DNA of 63,016 bases, filler included, from Chiloscyllium plagiosum (GCF_004010195.1; 3 parts of one record of this genome joined end to end with filler, not necessarily neighbours in it), one strand, 5' to 3'. Numbered from the whole stretch's first letter, positions 37,918 through 51,324 are shown. The notes: generated by a model from the sequence alone, not told the origin. Program-made: numbers and translations.

Positions 37918-38690
37918 TGATGTGGAGGTGCTGGCATTGGACTGGGGTGGACAAAGTTAAAAATCACAAACACCAGATTATAGTTCAACAGGTTTATTTG
38001 GAAGTACTAGCTTTTGGAGCGCTGCTCCTTGATCAGGTGGTTGTGGAGAATAAGACCATAAGACACAGAATTTATAGCAAAAGATTACCGTGTCACACAA
38101 CTGGAATGATATATTGAACAACCCTAAATTGTTGTTAAGTCTTTCATCTTTTAGAATGGGTTGCCAGTTTTGCTTCATTAATATATAAATCCCAAAACTT
38201 CTTTTAAGTCACTTTCTCGAGATAACTTAAGGTTTTATAACAAAAGGTGACATCCCAGCTCAGACAATGCATTACGTGTGTGAGGTCAGAGTCTGTCTCT
38301 ACCCGATCTTGAATCAGACTGGTTCTAGTTCCAAAGTGTCCATAGATTGTGCATTTTTTGAGCAAAATAGAATGTATCTGCAAATATAATTTATAGGCCA
38401 ATTGGGTTTATTTGGAAGCACTAGCTTTCAGAGCACCGCTCCATCGGGTGGTAGTGGAGTATAAGATCGTAAGACACCGAATTTATAACAAAAGTTTACA
38501 GTGTGATGTAACTGAAATTATGTATTGAAAAAGACCAGGATTGTTAAGTCTCTCATCTTTTAGAATGAACATGTTGGTTTCAATTCTTTCGTATGTAAAT
38601 CCCAGAACTTTTTTAAAGTTACATTCTCAAGTGAACTTTAACAATAGTTGCCATCTTGGCCCAGATAATGCATTGTAGGTGTGAGGTGCT
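37918..38690. mobile_element. PLE terminal region, two tandem or nested copies
   Basis: Homologous to 5350-5540 and 6015-6270; second copy starts near 38405; degenerate HHRs at about 38008-38036 and 38422-38447(-). Confidence 0.8.
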
Positions 38691-39025
38691 CTGTGTGAGG
38701 TGGAGAACTTTGAGTGGAAAAAGCAAAGATGGGTGGGCTGCTGTTCTCTCCAAGAGAAGCTGCCTATTCTCTGTTGGAAAAAAAACAGTTTAAACTTGAT
38801 GAAAACCCTTCCTGCAGCAGTTGAGTGAGCTGTGACTTTCAATTGATAAATAAGAGACATATTACAAGTGAGTTAGCCACTCTGTGTGTCTTACTAACCA
38901 ATGAAATCATCCAGAGGAGATGCACGTGAACATCAAGGCATCTGACTAGGTGAAGAATAATCATCTCAACATTAGAATCGGGAAGTCAAAGCCATGTCTT
39001 TCCAATTTTCTTCTATCTCTTCACG

Positions 39026-39048
39026 TGTGTGTGTGTGTGTGTGTGTGT
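39026..39048. repeat. (GT)n microsatellite
   Basis: About 11 GT units. Confidence 0.9.
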
Positions 39049-39272
39049 AAGGAGTAGTTTACAAAGGAATTATAATTTTAGTTAGTGGTATTATATACCA
39101 AGAGTTTATATCTGTTTACTTGGAGCTAGAGTATAATTATGTATAAGAAATAATCATTTTTAGTAAATACAGAAACCTGGCTCATACTTTCCATCAATCT
39201 CAGTCTAAAAGCCAACTGTGTATCTTAAAAAGCATTAACATTTGATAATACTCCAAGTATATGTATAAATCT

Positions 39273-40097
39273 ATGTTTTTGAATTTATACTAGTGGCATA
39301 TATATTTTCTATGATTTTGATGTTTAACAAGCGAACATTTCTGAAGGCATCGTGTCTTCCTTTTCCAAAAAAAACTACAGCATGAGAAAAGAGTTCCGGT
39401 AAAAAAAGGCTTTTATTTAACTTGCCAGCAAACAAGGAAAATAGTTGTGTATTATGCTCCAATTTAGCAGGTCAGAGGTTGAAATTTATTTGATGGGGCA
39501 ATTTGGAGAAAAAAAGTCTTTGTTTAGTTTCATTTTGGGCAGTTCTACAGGAGATGTGGCTGAGACTGAATGTATAAAGACATTGCTCCTGAAACGGGAC
39601 AAGATAGGTTCAAATTGTTTAAAGGAAGAGACTTCAATATAAGTAAAATTTCCAGGCCAAAAGTGTTTTGTTAAAAGTCGGAAGGGTTATTTGAAGCTGA
39701 GAAATTTGCACCTCAGTTATATGAAGGCTCCAGGAAGAGGCAAAAGAATTCCAAGAATGGAAATTGAAGTCACAGTTTTCATGGTGATAGAGGAGGATTC
39801 TATCTTTGATGTAAGTACTGTAAGGAAGTGCTTTTGTGATTAATGTGATTATATTTTATACAGTCCACCTCAAAATCCATGTTATATGTATATAGTTTGG
39901 TTTATTCTATTTTATTTCCATTCCTTTTACATAACAAACTTCTGTTTTATTGTTTAAACTAAAGCTGCAACATTGTATACTTATGTTTCAGTGAGAGACA
40001 ACCCTCTCAAAACCAAGAAAAACAAAATATAATCTGTCAAATCAGATTTCAGGCTGGGATTCAATTTGTTAGTAATAATATCAACTGGGACCATAAT
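39273..40097. mobile_element. Probable solo LTR (family of 11340-12428, opposite orientation)
   Basis: Ends atatcaactgggaccataata, the reverse of a tgttatgatcccagct-type LTR start. Confidence 0.5.
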
Positions 40098-40099
40098 AG

Positions 40100-40660
40100 A
40101 AATGATAGTTGTTCAACACACAAGTGCCAGGCAATTACACCTCCAAAAGAGAGAAACTAAACATCTCATTTTGACGTTTAATGGCATTGCCATTCCCGAA
40201 TCATATATAATAACAGTGACCAGAAATTTTGCCAAATAAAGCCACTCACTTGATTAACACTCCATGCATTACCAAACATTTGCACCCTCCATCACTGGCA
40301 TACAATGGCAGTAGTGTATACATCTTAAAAAGGCACTGTAACAGTGTTTCCAGGTTCCTTACAGCATCTTCAAATCTTGTTAACTCTACTATCTAGATAC
40401 ATGGAAATGTGACAACTTGCAACTTTCCCTCTGGCTCACAGTCTGTCCTGACTTAGAATATTCCCATTGTCCCTTCACTGTTGCTGGGTCAAAGCCTTGA
40501 AACCTCCTTTCTAACAGTACTGTGGGTGTACCTATACCACAAGGACTGCAGCGGATCAAGAAAATGACCAACTGCGACCTTCTCAAAGGCAATTAGGAAA
40601 GGTTAATAAATTCTTGTCTTGTCAGCCAGGCCTATACCCCAATGAATAATGAAAAATAAA
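40100..40660 (+). mobile_element. Old CR1/L2-group LINE 3' fragment
   Basis: Reverse homologue of 43620-44090; tail ggcaattagg..aataaa..aatgaataatgaaaaa. Confidence 0.7.
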
Positions 40661-40889
40661 CCTGGCATATCATTTGGCTGGCATTATGAGGGGCCTCTTG
40701 ACTTGGTTCTAAAGTTTACTGGAGAAGGAGTAGGAGGATCCAGTGATAGTAATTCATACTGAGGTCAACAATTTAAACAAGACGAGGCAAGTGGCCCTTC
40801 TAGGAGAGTACTATAAACTTGAAGTGAAATTGAAAAACAGGTCTTTAAATGGAGAGGTTTGGTTTTCGATTTAATTGGCTCTTCACTTG

Positions 40890-40991
40890 GTTTGAGGTTG
40901 CAAACGGTGAGCAGGTGGAGTGTGTTGCTGAAAGCATGGAATCCAGTGCAGTAAATGTTTCAATGATTTCCTGAGGTCTGACAAGGTAAGT
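40890..40991 (+). mobile_element. Harbinger Myb/SANT-like gene remnant with intact splice donor
   Basis: With frameshifts reads EVA..VSRWSVLLKAWIQCSKCFNDFLRSDK, followed by AAG|GTAAGT (40983-40991). Confidence 0.6.
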
Positions 40992-42079
40992 AGCTGCTGC
41001 CATCTCTCTTTCACCTCATTAACAGCTTTCTGCATAGAAATTCTTTGAACTGAAAAGTTCAATTCCATGAACAGTCTTTGCTTGCCAGGCTTGTCTTCAA
41101 AGGTTCACTTCAATCGAAGGCACTAAACCTCATCCGCAAACAATCCTCAGCACACAGTCAACTCCAATGACTCATCTCCAACCTCATCTATTTTGCTTCC
41201 CTATGTACCTATGGAATAGACCAATATTTATGGCCCCTTGTTCTCTCTATTGCACTAAGTGAGACTTTATGAGGTTTGACTGAAGTCTGAGAAAACAGTC
41301 CATTTATTACATTCTGTCCCTTATGTGTCCGAATGTCTCCAAATTCACACTCCAATTGAATGAGCCAGAGCTAGAGCTAGAGCCAGGGCTAGAGAGAGAA
41401 AAGCATGCATTATGGAATTGTTCACTGGGGCTAATCTTGCTGTCAACAAACTCCTATATCCAGCAATCTAACCAGCAACTTCTTCTGCCATCCTTTCATC
41501 TAAATTATTAAATTATTAATATCTTCATGTTTGTTTGTTTATAAAATCTTTTTCTCTTGTTTTCCACACATTAACTTATGTTTAGCCCAATATGCTGAAC
41601 AATATTTTTAATTATTTTGGAAAGCCTTTCTGTTCTCAACACACTCTCTGCTGCTCTTCAATGATCATCCTATTGGTGATGGTCACTGAGCTGCAGCATC
41701 TGCACAGAATTTAGAGGAGAGCAGTGTGTCAAACCTAAACATTCTACCACTGTCCCTTCCACCACCATCTGCTTGTAAAGTGTGAGTCACAACAACAGCT
41801 TTTAGTTGTACTGATCTCACCAAAGTGATGATGTATGGTACACGTGAGGCTTGCCACAGTGGACTGTCAGAAATGTTCAGCTACTCTGAGGAATCATTAT
41901 TAGTGATCTCCATCAACTGATGCATGATTGCCCTGTGGGAGATAAAAAGACATGAATGAATATTGCTAGGTAAGAATTTTGCAACTTCTCATTATAAACG
42001 TGATCATATTTCACTTACTGTTGACATGAAGTCAACTTGACTGAATGCCATATGCCTGTTTGATATGTAATTGTGTCAT

Positions 42080-42575
42080 CATGTATCTGGAAGCACTCCA
42101 TCTCCTGCAGTGTGGTGCGTCAAAATGCTACTAATTGCCTGGACCTCCTTCCTTATGAGTTCTGTTGTGAGCCTTGAGATGGCTAACAGGAATCTCACTG
42201 TTCTCTGCGCTCCTCTCCTGTCTGGAGAGAAAAGGCAGATGTGTGAGTGAATGTAACAATACATATGTATCGCATCAATGGAGAGCATTTGGTAAGAATT
42301 AAAATCGGGGAGAGCTCTGACATTGAATAAGGAGAAGGGTGAGGATGAGTGTCAGTGGTTAGTGGAGTTGATGGGGGTGTGAGAAAATTCATCGAGTGAG
42401 ATGGGTGTATGGTTAGGTGAGTTATGAAGTATGATATGATGGAGTCAGTTGAGAAAGCAGAGTGAGGTGAGTCTGATGGACAGAGCAGAGCATAGCATGG
42501 GTGAATGTGCCTCTGTCTATATATATCTAAATATACTTAGGTCACTAATGCATGTCCGACATTGCATCCAGGAAA
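42080..42575 (-). mobile_element. Harbinger Myb/SANT-like gene remnant (two exons)
   Basis: 42530-42570(-) WMQCRTCISDL; pyrimidine-rich intron; acceptor ttttctctccag near 42222 followed by ERSAENS. Confidence 0.55.
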
Positions 42576-42589
42576 GTAAGACCTTTAAA

Positions 42590-43200
42590 GTATAAGGCAG
42601 AGGAATTGAAATAGGCCAATCAGCTCATTGAGCCTGCTCCACTATTCGAGATTGGTGAGATTGACACTGACTTGGTAACTCCATTGTCTTGCCTTTTTCA
42701 CATAATCCTTAATTCCCCAATTGATTCAAAATCTGTCTCTCTCAGCCATGAATATACTTAACAACCCAGCCTCCATAGCCCTCTGCTGTAAAGAAATCCC
42801 CGGATTCACAATTGTGTGAGAGAAGCAATTCCTCCATATCTCTGTCCTAAGTATATGACCTCCTTATTCAGAGATCATGTCTGCTAATCCTGGACTCTCC
42901 TAAGGGAAACAACTTTTCTACATCAACATATCAAATCCCTGAAGAATCTTATATGTATCAATAAGGTCGCCTCTCATTTTTCTAAATTATAATGAGTACA
43001 GGCTCAATCTACTCAACCTCTCCTTGTTAGATAGTCCCTCCATAGCCCAGACCAGTGAAATCTGTCTGGACTGCCTCCTATGCCAGTATATATTTCCATA
43101 GATAAGGGGTCCCAAACCTGTTCACAGTATTCCAGCTGTGATCTGTTTAGTACCTTGTATAGTTTGAGCAAAAACCCCCCTAACTTGACACTGTACATCT
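42590..43200 (-). mobile_element. CR1 3' fragment
   Basis: 43013-43198(-) LKLYKVLNRSQLEYCEQVWDP. Confidence 0.85.
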
Positions 43201-43619
43201 ATTGCTGATCTTATGAATCTCTCGCCGCATTCTCGTGATCTATAATGCACCTTTATTTTTAATTCCATTGTTGGGGAATTGTATATCCCTCTGGCTCTTC
43301 ACAGTCCACAGGGACATCCAGGAGGACATTTCAAATGAACAGCACAACCTTTCAATGCCTGCTTTTCATTCTTTAACTTGTTCCTTTCTTAATCTTGAAA
43401 TCCAGTACCTCCAAACTACAATTTTGGTTTGTCATACTGTCTGAAAACCATGATCACGCAAGCCCTTGCTGCCCAGATGCTGATACATTTCTAGTCCTAG
43501 TTCATGTGTCACACCTGCACCTGGTGATAAATGCTGTTATTTTGGTTGAACAATGCATCAACTTGAAAATTCCTTTGTTTCAAAAATTTATCAATGGCCA
43601 CACCTCTGCTTAACTTTTT

Positions 43620-44090
43620 AAAAATTCGTCATGGGACATGGTTATCACTGGGCTGGGCCTAGCATTTATTGTCTGCTCCGAATTGCCCCTTGAGAAGGTG
43701 AGGATAAGCTGCCTTCTTGAACTGCTGCATTCCACCTGCTGTGAGTTGACCCACAATGCCATTAGGGGAGGGAATTCCAGGATTTTGACCCAGTGACAGT
43801 GAAGGAACAGTGATATATTTCTGACAGGTCAGGTCGGTGAGTGGCTTGAAGGGTAACTTGCAGGGGGTGGTATTCCCATGTATCTACTGCCCTTGTTCTT
43901 CAAGATGGAAGTGATCATGGGCTTGAAAGGTGCTGTCTAACAGTGAAGTTGTGAAGTGCGTGTTGAAGAAAATGCACACTGCTAATTCTGAGCATCGGGA
44001 TGGATGGAGTGAATGCTTGTGGTAATGAAGTCAATTGAGTGGGCTGCTTTGTCCTGAATGCTGTCAAACATCTTGAGTGTTGTTGGATAT
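43620..44090 (-). mobile_element. CR1/L2-group LINE 3' fragment
   Basis: cttgagaaggtg..gctgccttcttgaactgctgc..ggattttgacccagtgacagtgaaggaac; three homologues in this window. Confidence 0.7.
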
Positions 44091-44104
44091 AAAACCAGAA
44101 GCCC

Positions 44105-45060
44105 AAGAAAAATAGGAATGTGGATAGGCTGTTCGGCTGCTCAAAGCCTGTTAAGCATCCAATAGGGTCATGGCTGATCTGACATTCCTCATGTCCATTC
44201 TCCTACCCTTTCCTACATCATCTTGATTCCCTGATTGATCAAGAATCTATCTCTCTCAGCCTTAAATATACACAAAGACTCTGCCCCCACTGGTCTCTGT
44301 GGTAAAGAGTTCCAAAGATTCTCAACCTCTGAGAGAAGAAATACTCCTTATCTCAGTCTTAAATCGGACCCCTTAATTCTGCGACTGTGCCCTCTGGTTC
44401 TCGAGTCTTCCACAAGGGGAAACATCCTTTCAGCATTTACCTTGCCAAGCCTTTTAAAAATCCGATACGTGTCAAAGAGATCATCTCTCAGTCATCTAAA
44501 GACCAGTGAGTAGAGACCCAACTTGTACTAAGACTTATGATTTGCTCATAAGACAATCTCTCCATACCAGGGATCATCCTCTTCTCTGAAACGTGTCCAA
44601 TGAACTCATATCTTTCTTTAAATAAAAGGACCAAAACTGCACACAGGGCTCCAGATAGGTTCTTACCAGCACCTTGCACAGTCGCAGTAAGATTTCCCTG
44701 CTCTTATATATCAAACCCCTTGAAATAAGGGCCAAAATTCCACTAATATTCCTGATTTCCTGTGGCCCCTTTGTGCTAGCTTTTTGTCTTGTGTAAACAA
44801 GTACCCATAAACAACTTTCTGCAGCTTTTCTCCATTTAAGTATTCTGTTATTTTGTTCTCCTTTCACAGCTTAACATTTTCTTTCCCCACAGTATGCTCC
44901 ATTTTCCAAATTTTTGCCCACTTACTTAACTAATCTATCTCTGTCAACTATTTGCATCCAACTCACAACCTGCTTGTCCAGCTACATTTGCGTCATCACC
45001 AAATTTGGTGACAGTACATTTGCTTCCTTCCTCCAAGTCATTAACATATAATTGCAATCT
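44105..45060 (-). mobile_element. CR1 RT and 3' fragment
   Basis: LLRLCKVLVRTYLEPCVQFWS; KFGDDA (YADD-like) near 44990-45005. Confidence 0.85.
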
Positions 45061-45761
45061 TTTGTAGTTCCACGTTGTCTGACAAATCTGTGTCCCTCGA
45101 ATCCTGACCTCCTGAACACCCAAATTTAATCATATTCAAAGCTGATGCAAAAATTCATTTGTTGAGGTGAAATTCAATTATGAATTATTAAACCTTTATT
45201 TCATATCAGATAGACTTGCAACTTACAGTTACAAATGATGGCATTCATTTAAATTAATATCATTTGTATTTGCATAAGGAAAGAAAATAACACTGTACTA
45301 TTCCCTCCATATCAATGAGTCCTCTTACTTAATTCAATGAGAATGACTGTTCTGCATTGGGCTTAAAGCTACCTTTTTTGTAGTCTTGTCACATTTAACA
45401 GTTTATTTCATGTTGCCTCATTTTATTCTTTTCTTCTCTCCTAACAAATGAAAGATCGAATGCTTTTCGTGATTAGATTTCCCTTCTGCTGGAGAAAAGT
45501 AGTATAAAATGATTTTATCCTTTAATTTGAGGAATCACCTTATTATCGCCAAATGACTTAATTTTATTTTTAACTTAATGGACTCAGTTTCCAAAAGAAA
45601 CTTTAGGAACAAACCAAAGCTTGTGAAGAACACAATCATTTATTGTTAATACAGGAGCACATCAGAATTCAAGCAACACCACAAATTAGAATTTCCTTGT
45701 TAATAAAAAAAATTTGAATGCCCAAAATATGTCACCCATTTGAAATCACAGCCTTATAGAC

Positions 45762-46340
45762 GACCATAAGAACTAGGAGCAGGAGTAGGCCGTCTGGCCC
45801 TTTGAGCCTGCTCCGCCATTCAATAAGATGGCTGATCTTTTCATTGGACTCAGATCTACTTACCCGCCCTCTCAACGTAAATCTTAATTCCTGTATTGTT
45901 CAAAAAATTACTTATCTTAGCTTTAAAAACATTTACTGAGGAACCTTTAACTACTTCACTGGGCAGGAGATTCCATAGATTCACAATCCTCTGGGTGAAG
46001 ATTTCCCTTCGGAATTCAGTCCTAAATCTGTTCCATCTAATTTTGAGGCTATTCCCTCTTATCCGAGTTTCACCCACCAGCAGAAATCTCCGCTCTACTT
46101 CTTCATTCCCTTCAAAATTTTGTATGCTTCTATGTGATTTCCCTTCATTATTCTAAATTCCAATGAATATAACCCTGGTCTACTCAATCTCTCCTCATAA
46201 GCCAACCCCCTCAACTCTGGAATCAACTTAGTGAACCTCCTCTACACCCCCTTCAGTTCCAGTACATCCTTTCTCAAGTAAGGAGACCAAAACTGCACAC
46301 AGTACTCCAGGGGTGGCCTCACCAACACTCTCTACAGCTG
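45762..46340 (-). mobile_element. CR1 3' fragment
   Basis: 45856-46077(-) RREIFTQRIVNLWNLLP. Confidence 0.9.
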
Positions 46341-46568
46341 TAACAAAATCTGGAGATGTTTCAGGAACAAAAGGAGCCCTGGATTCTGTGGAAATCCTGG
46401 AAGCACATTTGGTGTATCTATCAGTGGTTTTACAATGCAGCAAACCCATTATTAATTTATTTTCAGGTTTCAAATCCAATGAATTGAACAGGCAATGATG
46501 AGGGTCAATGTGACAGAATCTCACTTTCTGTATTTGAAGCAGCAGCAACAATCATTGGATCTTGACAT

Positions 46569-46878
46569 GAGAAAGTGAGGTCTGCAGATGCTGGAGATCA
46601 GAGCTGAAAAATGTGTTGCTGGAAAAGCGCAGCAGGTCAGGCAGCATCCAAGGAGCAGGAGAATCGACATTTCGGGCATGAGCCCTTCTTCAGGAACGAG
46701 GAGGGTGTGTCAATCAGGCAAAGATAAAAGGTCGGGAGGAGGGACTTGGGGGAGGGGCATTGGGAATGCGATAGGTGGAAGGAGGTTAAAGTGAGAGTGA
46801 TAGGCCGGAGAGGGGGTGGGGACGGAGAGGTCGGGAAGAAGATTGCAGGTCAAGAAGGCAGTGCTGAGTCCGAGAGTT
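46569..46878 (-). mobile_element. Young PLE 3' end with HHR (46666-46693), truncated by gap
   Basis: gagaaagtgaggtctgcagatgctgg head; minus strand CTGAAGAaGGGCtcatGCCCGAAATGTC. Confidence 0.85.
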
Positions 46879-46978
46879 NNNNNNNNNNNNNNNNNNNNNN
46901 NNNNNNNNNNNNNNNNNNNNNNTTAATTAATTAANNNNNNNNNNNNNNNNNNNNNNNNNNNNNNNNNNNNNNNNNNNN
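46879..46978. other. Assembly gap with synthetic six-frame stop linker
   Basis: N44-TTAATTAATTAA-N44. Confidence 0.95.
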
Positions 46979-47095
46979 TCTCTCCCGCACCGCCCCCTAT
47001 CTGAAACTCTCTCCAACACCTCCCCCTCTCTAGGACTCTCTCCCCTGGCACTGCCCCTCTCTGGGACTCTCTCCGCCACACTGTCCCCTCTCCGG
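46979..47095. repeat. About 30-bp imperfect minisatellite, likely part of a LINE 5' region on the minus strand
   Basis: Units actctctcc...cactgcccctctctggg (about 4 copies); caagatggcagc start motif on the minus strand at 47161-47172. Confidence 0.6.
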
Positions 47096-48380
47096 AAAAA
47101 AAAGAAAAACAAAGAGAAAAGTAGGTCAGACCAGAGGATCAATGGATAAAACATTACTCTGCTGCCATCTTGCAATTGCCTTCATTAACTCAATATTGAT
47201 AAGGTCCTTGCTCCAACAGCTTTCCCAATATTTCCAAATTTTCACCATAACCCACACTCTTCAGCAGCTGGGAAGATTCCACCTCAAGTTAGTGAACCTT
47301 AATAATATCACTGGGATGTCATTTATCATTCACAATATCATATATTTGAAATCAAAATGAATCTGTTTATGACATGCAAAGTTTACAACTGTTAATAAGA
47401 TAGAACTGATTAGTAACAGTATAAATTTGCTACCATTATTAATCCAAGAGGTTAGTTTTCAGATACGTATTTTAATAATGTCCAGTATTATGTTCCTTTA
47501 GGTCAAAGATATGTGTTATGTATGTTAACCAGTGAAGCTATATCGTACATGTGGTCAAAGTTGTCGTGCCATTGATACATAAAAAATATGTTAGCAATAT
47601 ATTCATTAAAAATGTGCTTTGTTACTTTTAATGCTATAAGTTCTATACCTTCAGGAGAGAAAATATCTAATCCTTTGTGGAAAATAATCAGATGTAGTGT
47701 TGTTTTTTCCTGGTGAAATCTTTTTTTTTACTGTTACTAAATAATTCACCGTGAGAACAAAGGTACCTGGTTCCATGCTGATAAGAGTTAAAATTTCAGG
47801 CGTAATATTTACATCATTATGAGCGGGCCATGTACAGAGGGATAAACAATTACTGTGGGTAAATTAGGTAAATTTCCATTAGTACAAATTAGTATACATG
47901 GGATATATATGAATGCTTGATTCTGAAAACAGTAAGTTTCACTTTATTTAATAGGATTCTAAACATTGCGTTGTCTGTTTCAGCTTATATTCAAGCCAGT
48001 TCTTTCAACATGCCAATCTTTGATTTCAATGCCTGATTTAAGCTGCAGTGCTTTCCATGACTATAATAGAATCATGGTCCACTAACTTCTTCTACAACAA
48101 GGTCAGTTGATCCGTCAAATCATCATCAGACAGTTACCAGCTCAAATCATTCAAAATTCATCCTCCAGTATAAAGCCTCATCATTTTAAATCTAAAACAT
48201 GGCTTTTAAAACATGGCTTTTCAATAAGTAATGTGAAGAATGATCCTCTTTTATAATGAATCAGGGTACAATTGGTAGTTCTAGATCTAGAACTATGATT
48301 ATGAATTATGATTAAAGATAACAATTAAAAACCTAGATCTGGGAATTAAATGTTTACTAAACAGGGAAAATAATCATAAT

Positions 48381-48792
48381 TTGCCTTGACTTGGAGGTAA
48401 CCTTTCTCACTTCTGAGTCAAGACATTCCTGTTCTAGAAATGGGATGACCGTGCAATCCAGACTTCAGCACAAGTGGAACTTCTATATTGACACAGGTTG
48501 CACTTTACAAACGAGACAATAAGTCAAGACCCAGCCTTTTCCTGCAACAGTTGTAAAAGATTGCATCCTATTCAAAGATGATTAAGAAAGCTTGTACCAG
48601 TGTTCTGGTCATTATGTATCCTTCAACCAACAATTAAAAGTTGATAAGTGGTCACTTACTTCCTTGCAGTTTGTGGGATCATGTTGTCTACAAATTGGCT
48701 GCTGTCTCCTTATTTTACAGCATGAACCATGCTTAGTCGTAACATACTTTGTTTGATCTGAAGTCACAAATGGTGCTATAAAAATGCAGGCT
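48381..48792 (+). mobile_element. Near full-length, highly diverged DeuSINE (SacSINE1-like)
   Basis: Head ctttctcacttctgagtcaag; Deu core ttgcagtttgtgggatcatgttgtctacaaattggctgctg; tail ggtgctataaaaatgcagg. Confidence 0.7.
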
Positions 48793-49594
48793 CCAGTATA
48801 TATTCCAATAAAGGTGATTTCATATAAAAGTTGACTCCCTATTTTTGTCCAGAAAATCAGGAATTTTCCATATATCTCATGTAAAGGTCGACCATATTTC
48901 TTCACAGAAATGTATTTGTGAGTCAAGGTATTACCCTGTATATAAATGTTACGATGAGGAAATTACATTTTTTTGTGCTATTATGTATTTTGATGTCCAA
49001 CTGTAATTTAAAGCTGTGTTATATTTCTACTTCACTTCTTGTATGTATAAATAAAAGCTTACTGCGTTGTTTTTTATTTGTTCAGGGATCGATTGGGCTT
49101 CTGCTACAGTATTTTGGACCGTAGTATGAATTTCAGCCCCTCAAAAGCAGTATCCATGTAATAGTTGACCCCATAAATTTAATCTTAAAAAATAGTCTAA
49201 AATATTTTACCTTTACCGTGTATATATAGTAATTTTCTGACATGCCAACTCAATGTACTCAAATTGGCAGGTACCAATGTAATCGAATATTAAACTATTG
49301 AATATAGAATTAGTGTAGCATTTTATTTCCCCAAGTGTAGATCAAGAGTGAATGAGCAAGATTTAGATAATGCTGAAATCCAGTGTAAGTGTGACATTTT
49401 CTGAATGGGCCTGAACATAAGTTGTTAACTCAAGGAAAAAAGTATAGTGTTAAACATTTATTTTTCCACTACAGGTTGTCTAAGCACAGAGAAAAGTAGT
49501 TTTGGAAATAAATGCAGCATTTTGGGACTTTGACTTATGTGACCTCAAAGAGAATATGATAGTAATATGATGTTAGATCAGTCTGAAGACTAAT

Positions 49595-49965
49595 GTACAT
49601 GACATCTATAGAATCCCTCTACCAGGCCCGCTGTCAAGGAAAGGCCACCAGCATTCTCAGAGATCCATCCCACCCTGGCAATGCTTTTCTACAACCTCTA
49701 CCATCAGGGAGAAGGTACAGAAGCCTGAACACACGCACCAGCTGGTTTTGCAACAGTTTCTGCCCTACTGTTGTGAGAATACTGAATGGACTCAAAAGCT
49801 CTTAACATTCGCCTGTACCTGTGTCTTTGGTTTTGCTGCTATTTACCTTATATTTACTAATCTATGCTACTTAACTCTGTGATCTGTCTGTATTGCTCGC
49901 AAGACAAAGCTTTTCACTGTGCCCTTTCACATGTGACAATAAATTCAATTCAATTCAATTCATTT
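49595..49965 (+). mobile_element. Rex1/Babar-type LINE 3' end
   Basis: SILRDPSHPGNAFLQPLPSGRRYRSLNTRT..NSFCPTVVRILN; tail aataaa followed by (ttcaa)n. Confidence 0.85.
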
Positions 49966-50111
49966 CATTTTGAAAGTTAATTAGCTGGGTCCAACAATTA
50001 GATGCAAGCCAGCTGAGCCAACATAGGTATCATATGTATTTCATATTATTTTAGAAAAATGGGGACTTTAACATATAGCCTAAGATAATAAGACCATAAG
50101 ACAAAAGAACG

Positions 50112-50432
50112 GAGTGGTTAGCACTGCTGCCTCACAGCGCCAGGGACCTGGGTTTAATTCCTGCCTCAGGCCACTGACTGTGTGGAGTTTGTACATTCTC
50201 CCCGTGTCTGTGTGGGTTTCCTCCGGGTGCTCCGGTTTCCTCCCACAGTCCAAAAGATGTGCAGGTTAGGTGAATTGGCCATGCTAAATTGCCCGTAGTG
50301 CTAGGTGAATTAGTCAGGGGTAAATGTAGGGGAATGGATCTGGGTGGGTTGTTCTTTGGAGGGTCAGTGTGGACTTGTTGGACTCAAGGGCCTGTTTCCA
50401 CACTGTAGGGAATCTAATCTAATCTAATCTAG
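50112..50432 (+). mobile_element. HE1/V-SINE, young
   Basis: tRNA-like head, V domain tgtgtggagtttg..gtgggtttcctccgggtgctccggtttcctcccacagtccaaa, (aatct)n tail. Confidence 0.92.
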
Positions 50433-51296
50433 ACTATTCGGCCCCTTGAACCTGCCCCACCATTAAATAGGACCACAGCTGAGCTGACATTCCTAAATAA
50501 AAACCTGAAGAACTGCAGATGGTGTAAATCAGAAACAAAAATAGTGATTGCTGGAAAAGCACAGCAGGCCTGGCAGCATCTGTGGAGAGAAATTCGAGTT
50601 CCTGCTTCAGGTTGAGTCAGCCTTCCTCAGAAGCCATTCCTCAAATCGCGTCTGGATGGGTACATAAATAGGAAGGGTTTTTGGAGATAAGGACCAGCGC
50701 TGGCAGGTGGGACTAGATTGGGTTGTGATATCTGGTCAGCATGGACCAGTTGGACCGAAGGGTCTGTTTCCATGCTGTACATCTCTATGGCTCTATGAAT
50801 CTACGACTTTCTTGTGTTTTCCCTGTAACCCTTGATTCCTCGACTGATCATGAATCTATCTGTCCCCGTCCAAGCATATACAAGGACTCTGGCCCCACAA
50901 CTCTCTGGGGCAAGGATTTCTCGACAATCCTCTGCGAGAAGAAATTCCTCCTCATGGCAGCCTTAAATTGGTACCCAGGTGAAGGTAAGGACTGCAAATG
51001 CCGGTGATCCTGATGAGGGGCTTATACCTGAAATGTCAACTTTCCTGCTCCTCTGACGCTGCTTGACCTGGTGGGCTTTTCCAGCGCCACACTCTCAAAA
51101 CTTAAATTTGTGGCCCTCTGGTCTGAGCCCTCTGGCCCTTGACTCTCCCATGAGAAGAAGTACCTTCTCAACACTTAGCCTGTCAAGTTCTTTAAGAAGG
51201 AGAAAGTGAGGACTGCAGATGCTGGAGACCAGAGTTGAAAAATGTCGTGCTGGAAAAACACAGCAGGCCAGGCAGCAGCCGAGGAGCAGGAGAATC

Positions 51297-51324
51297 GACG
51301 TTTCAGGCATAAGCCCTTCTTCAG
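51297..51324 (-). ncRNA. Minimal type-I hammerhead ribozyme motif
   Basis: CTGAAGA-a-GGGC-ttat-GCCT-GAAACGTC within PLE terminus 51199-51325. Confidence 0.7.

Noticed and set aside
40883..41068. Minus-strand ORF AVNEVKERWQQLLTLSDLRKSL resembling a spectrin repeat
   Set aside because: It is the antisense of a Harbinger Myb/SANT remnant and its splice donor; no supporting exons.
46496..46570. ATGATGA as a C/D snoRNA C box
   Set aside because: No properly placed CTGA D box or terminal stem.
50112..50175. tRNA-like sequence with A/B boxes (also near 56890, 28400, 25540)
   Set aside because: SINE heads continuing into the V domain, not tRNA genes.
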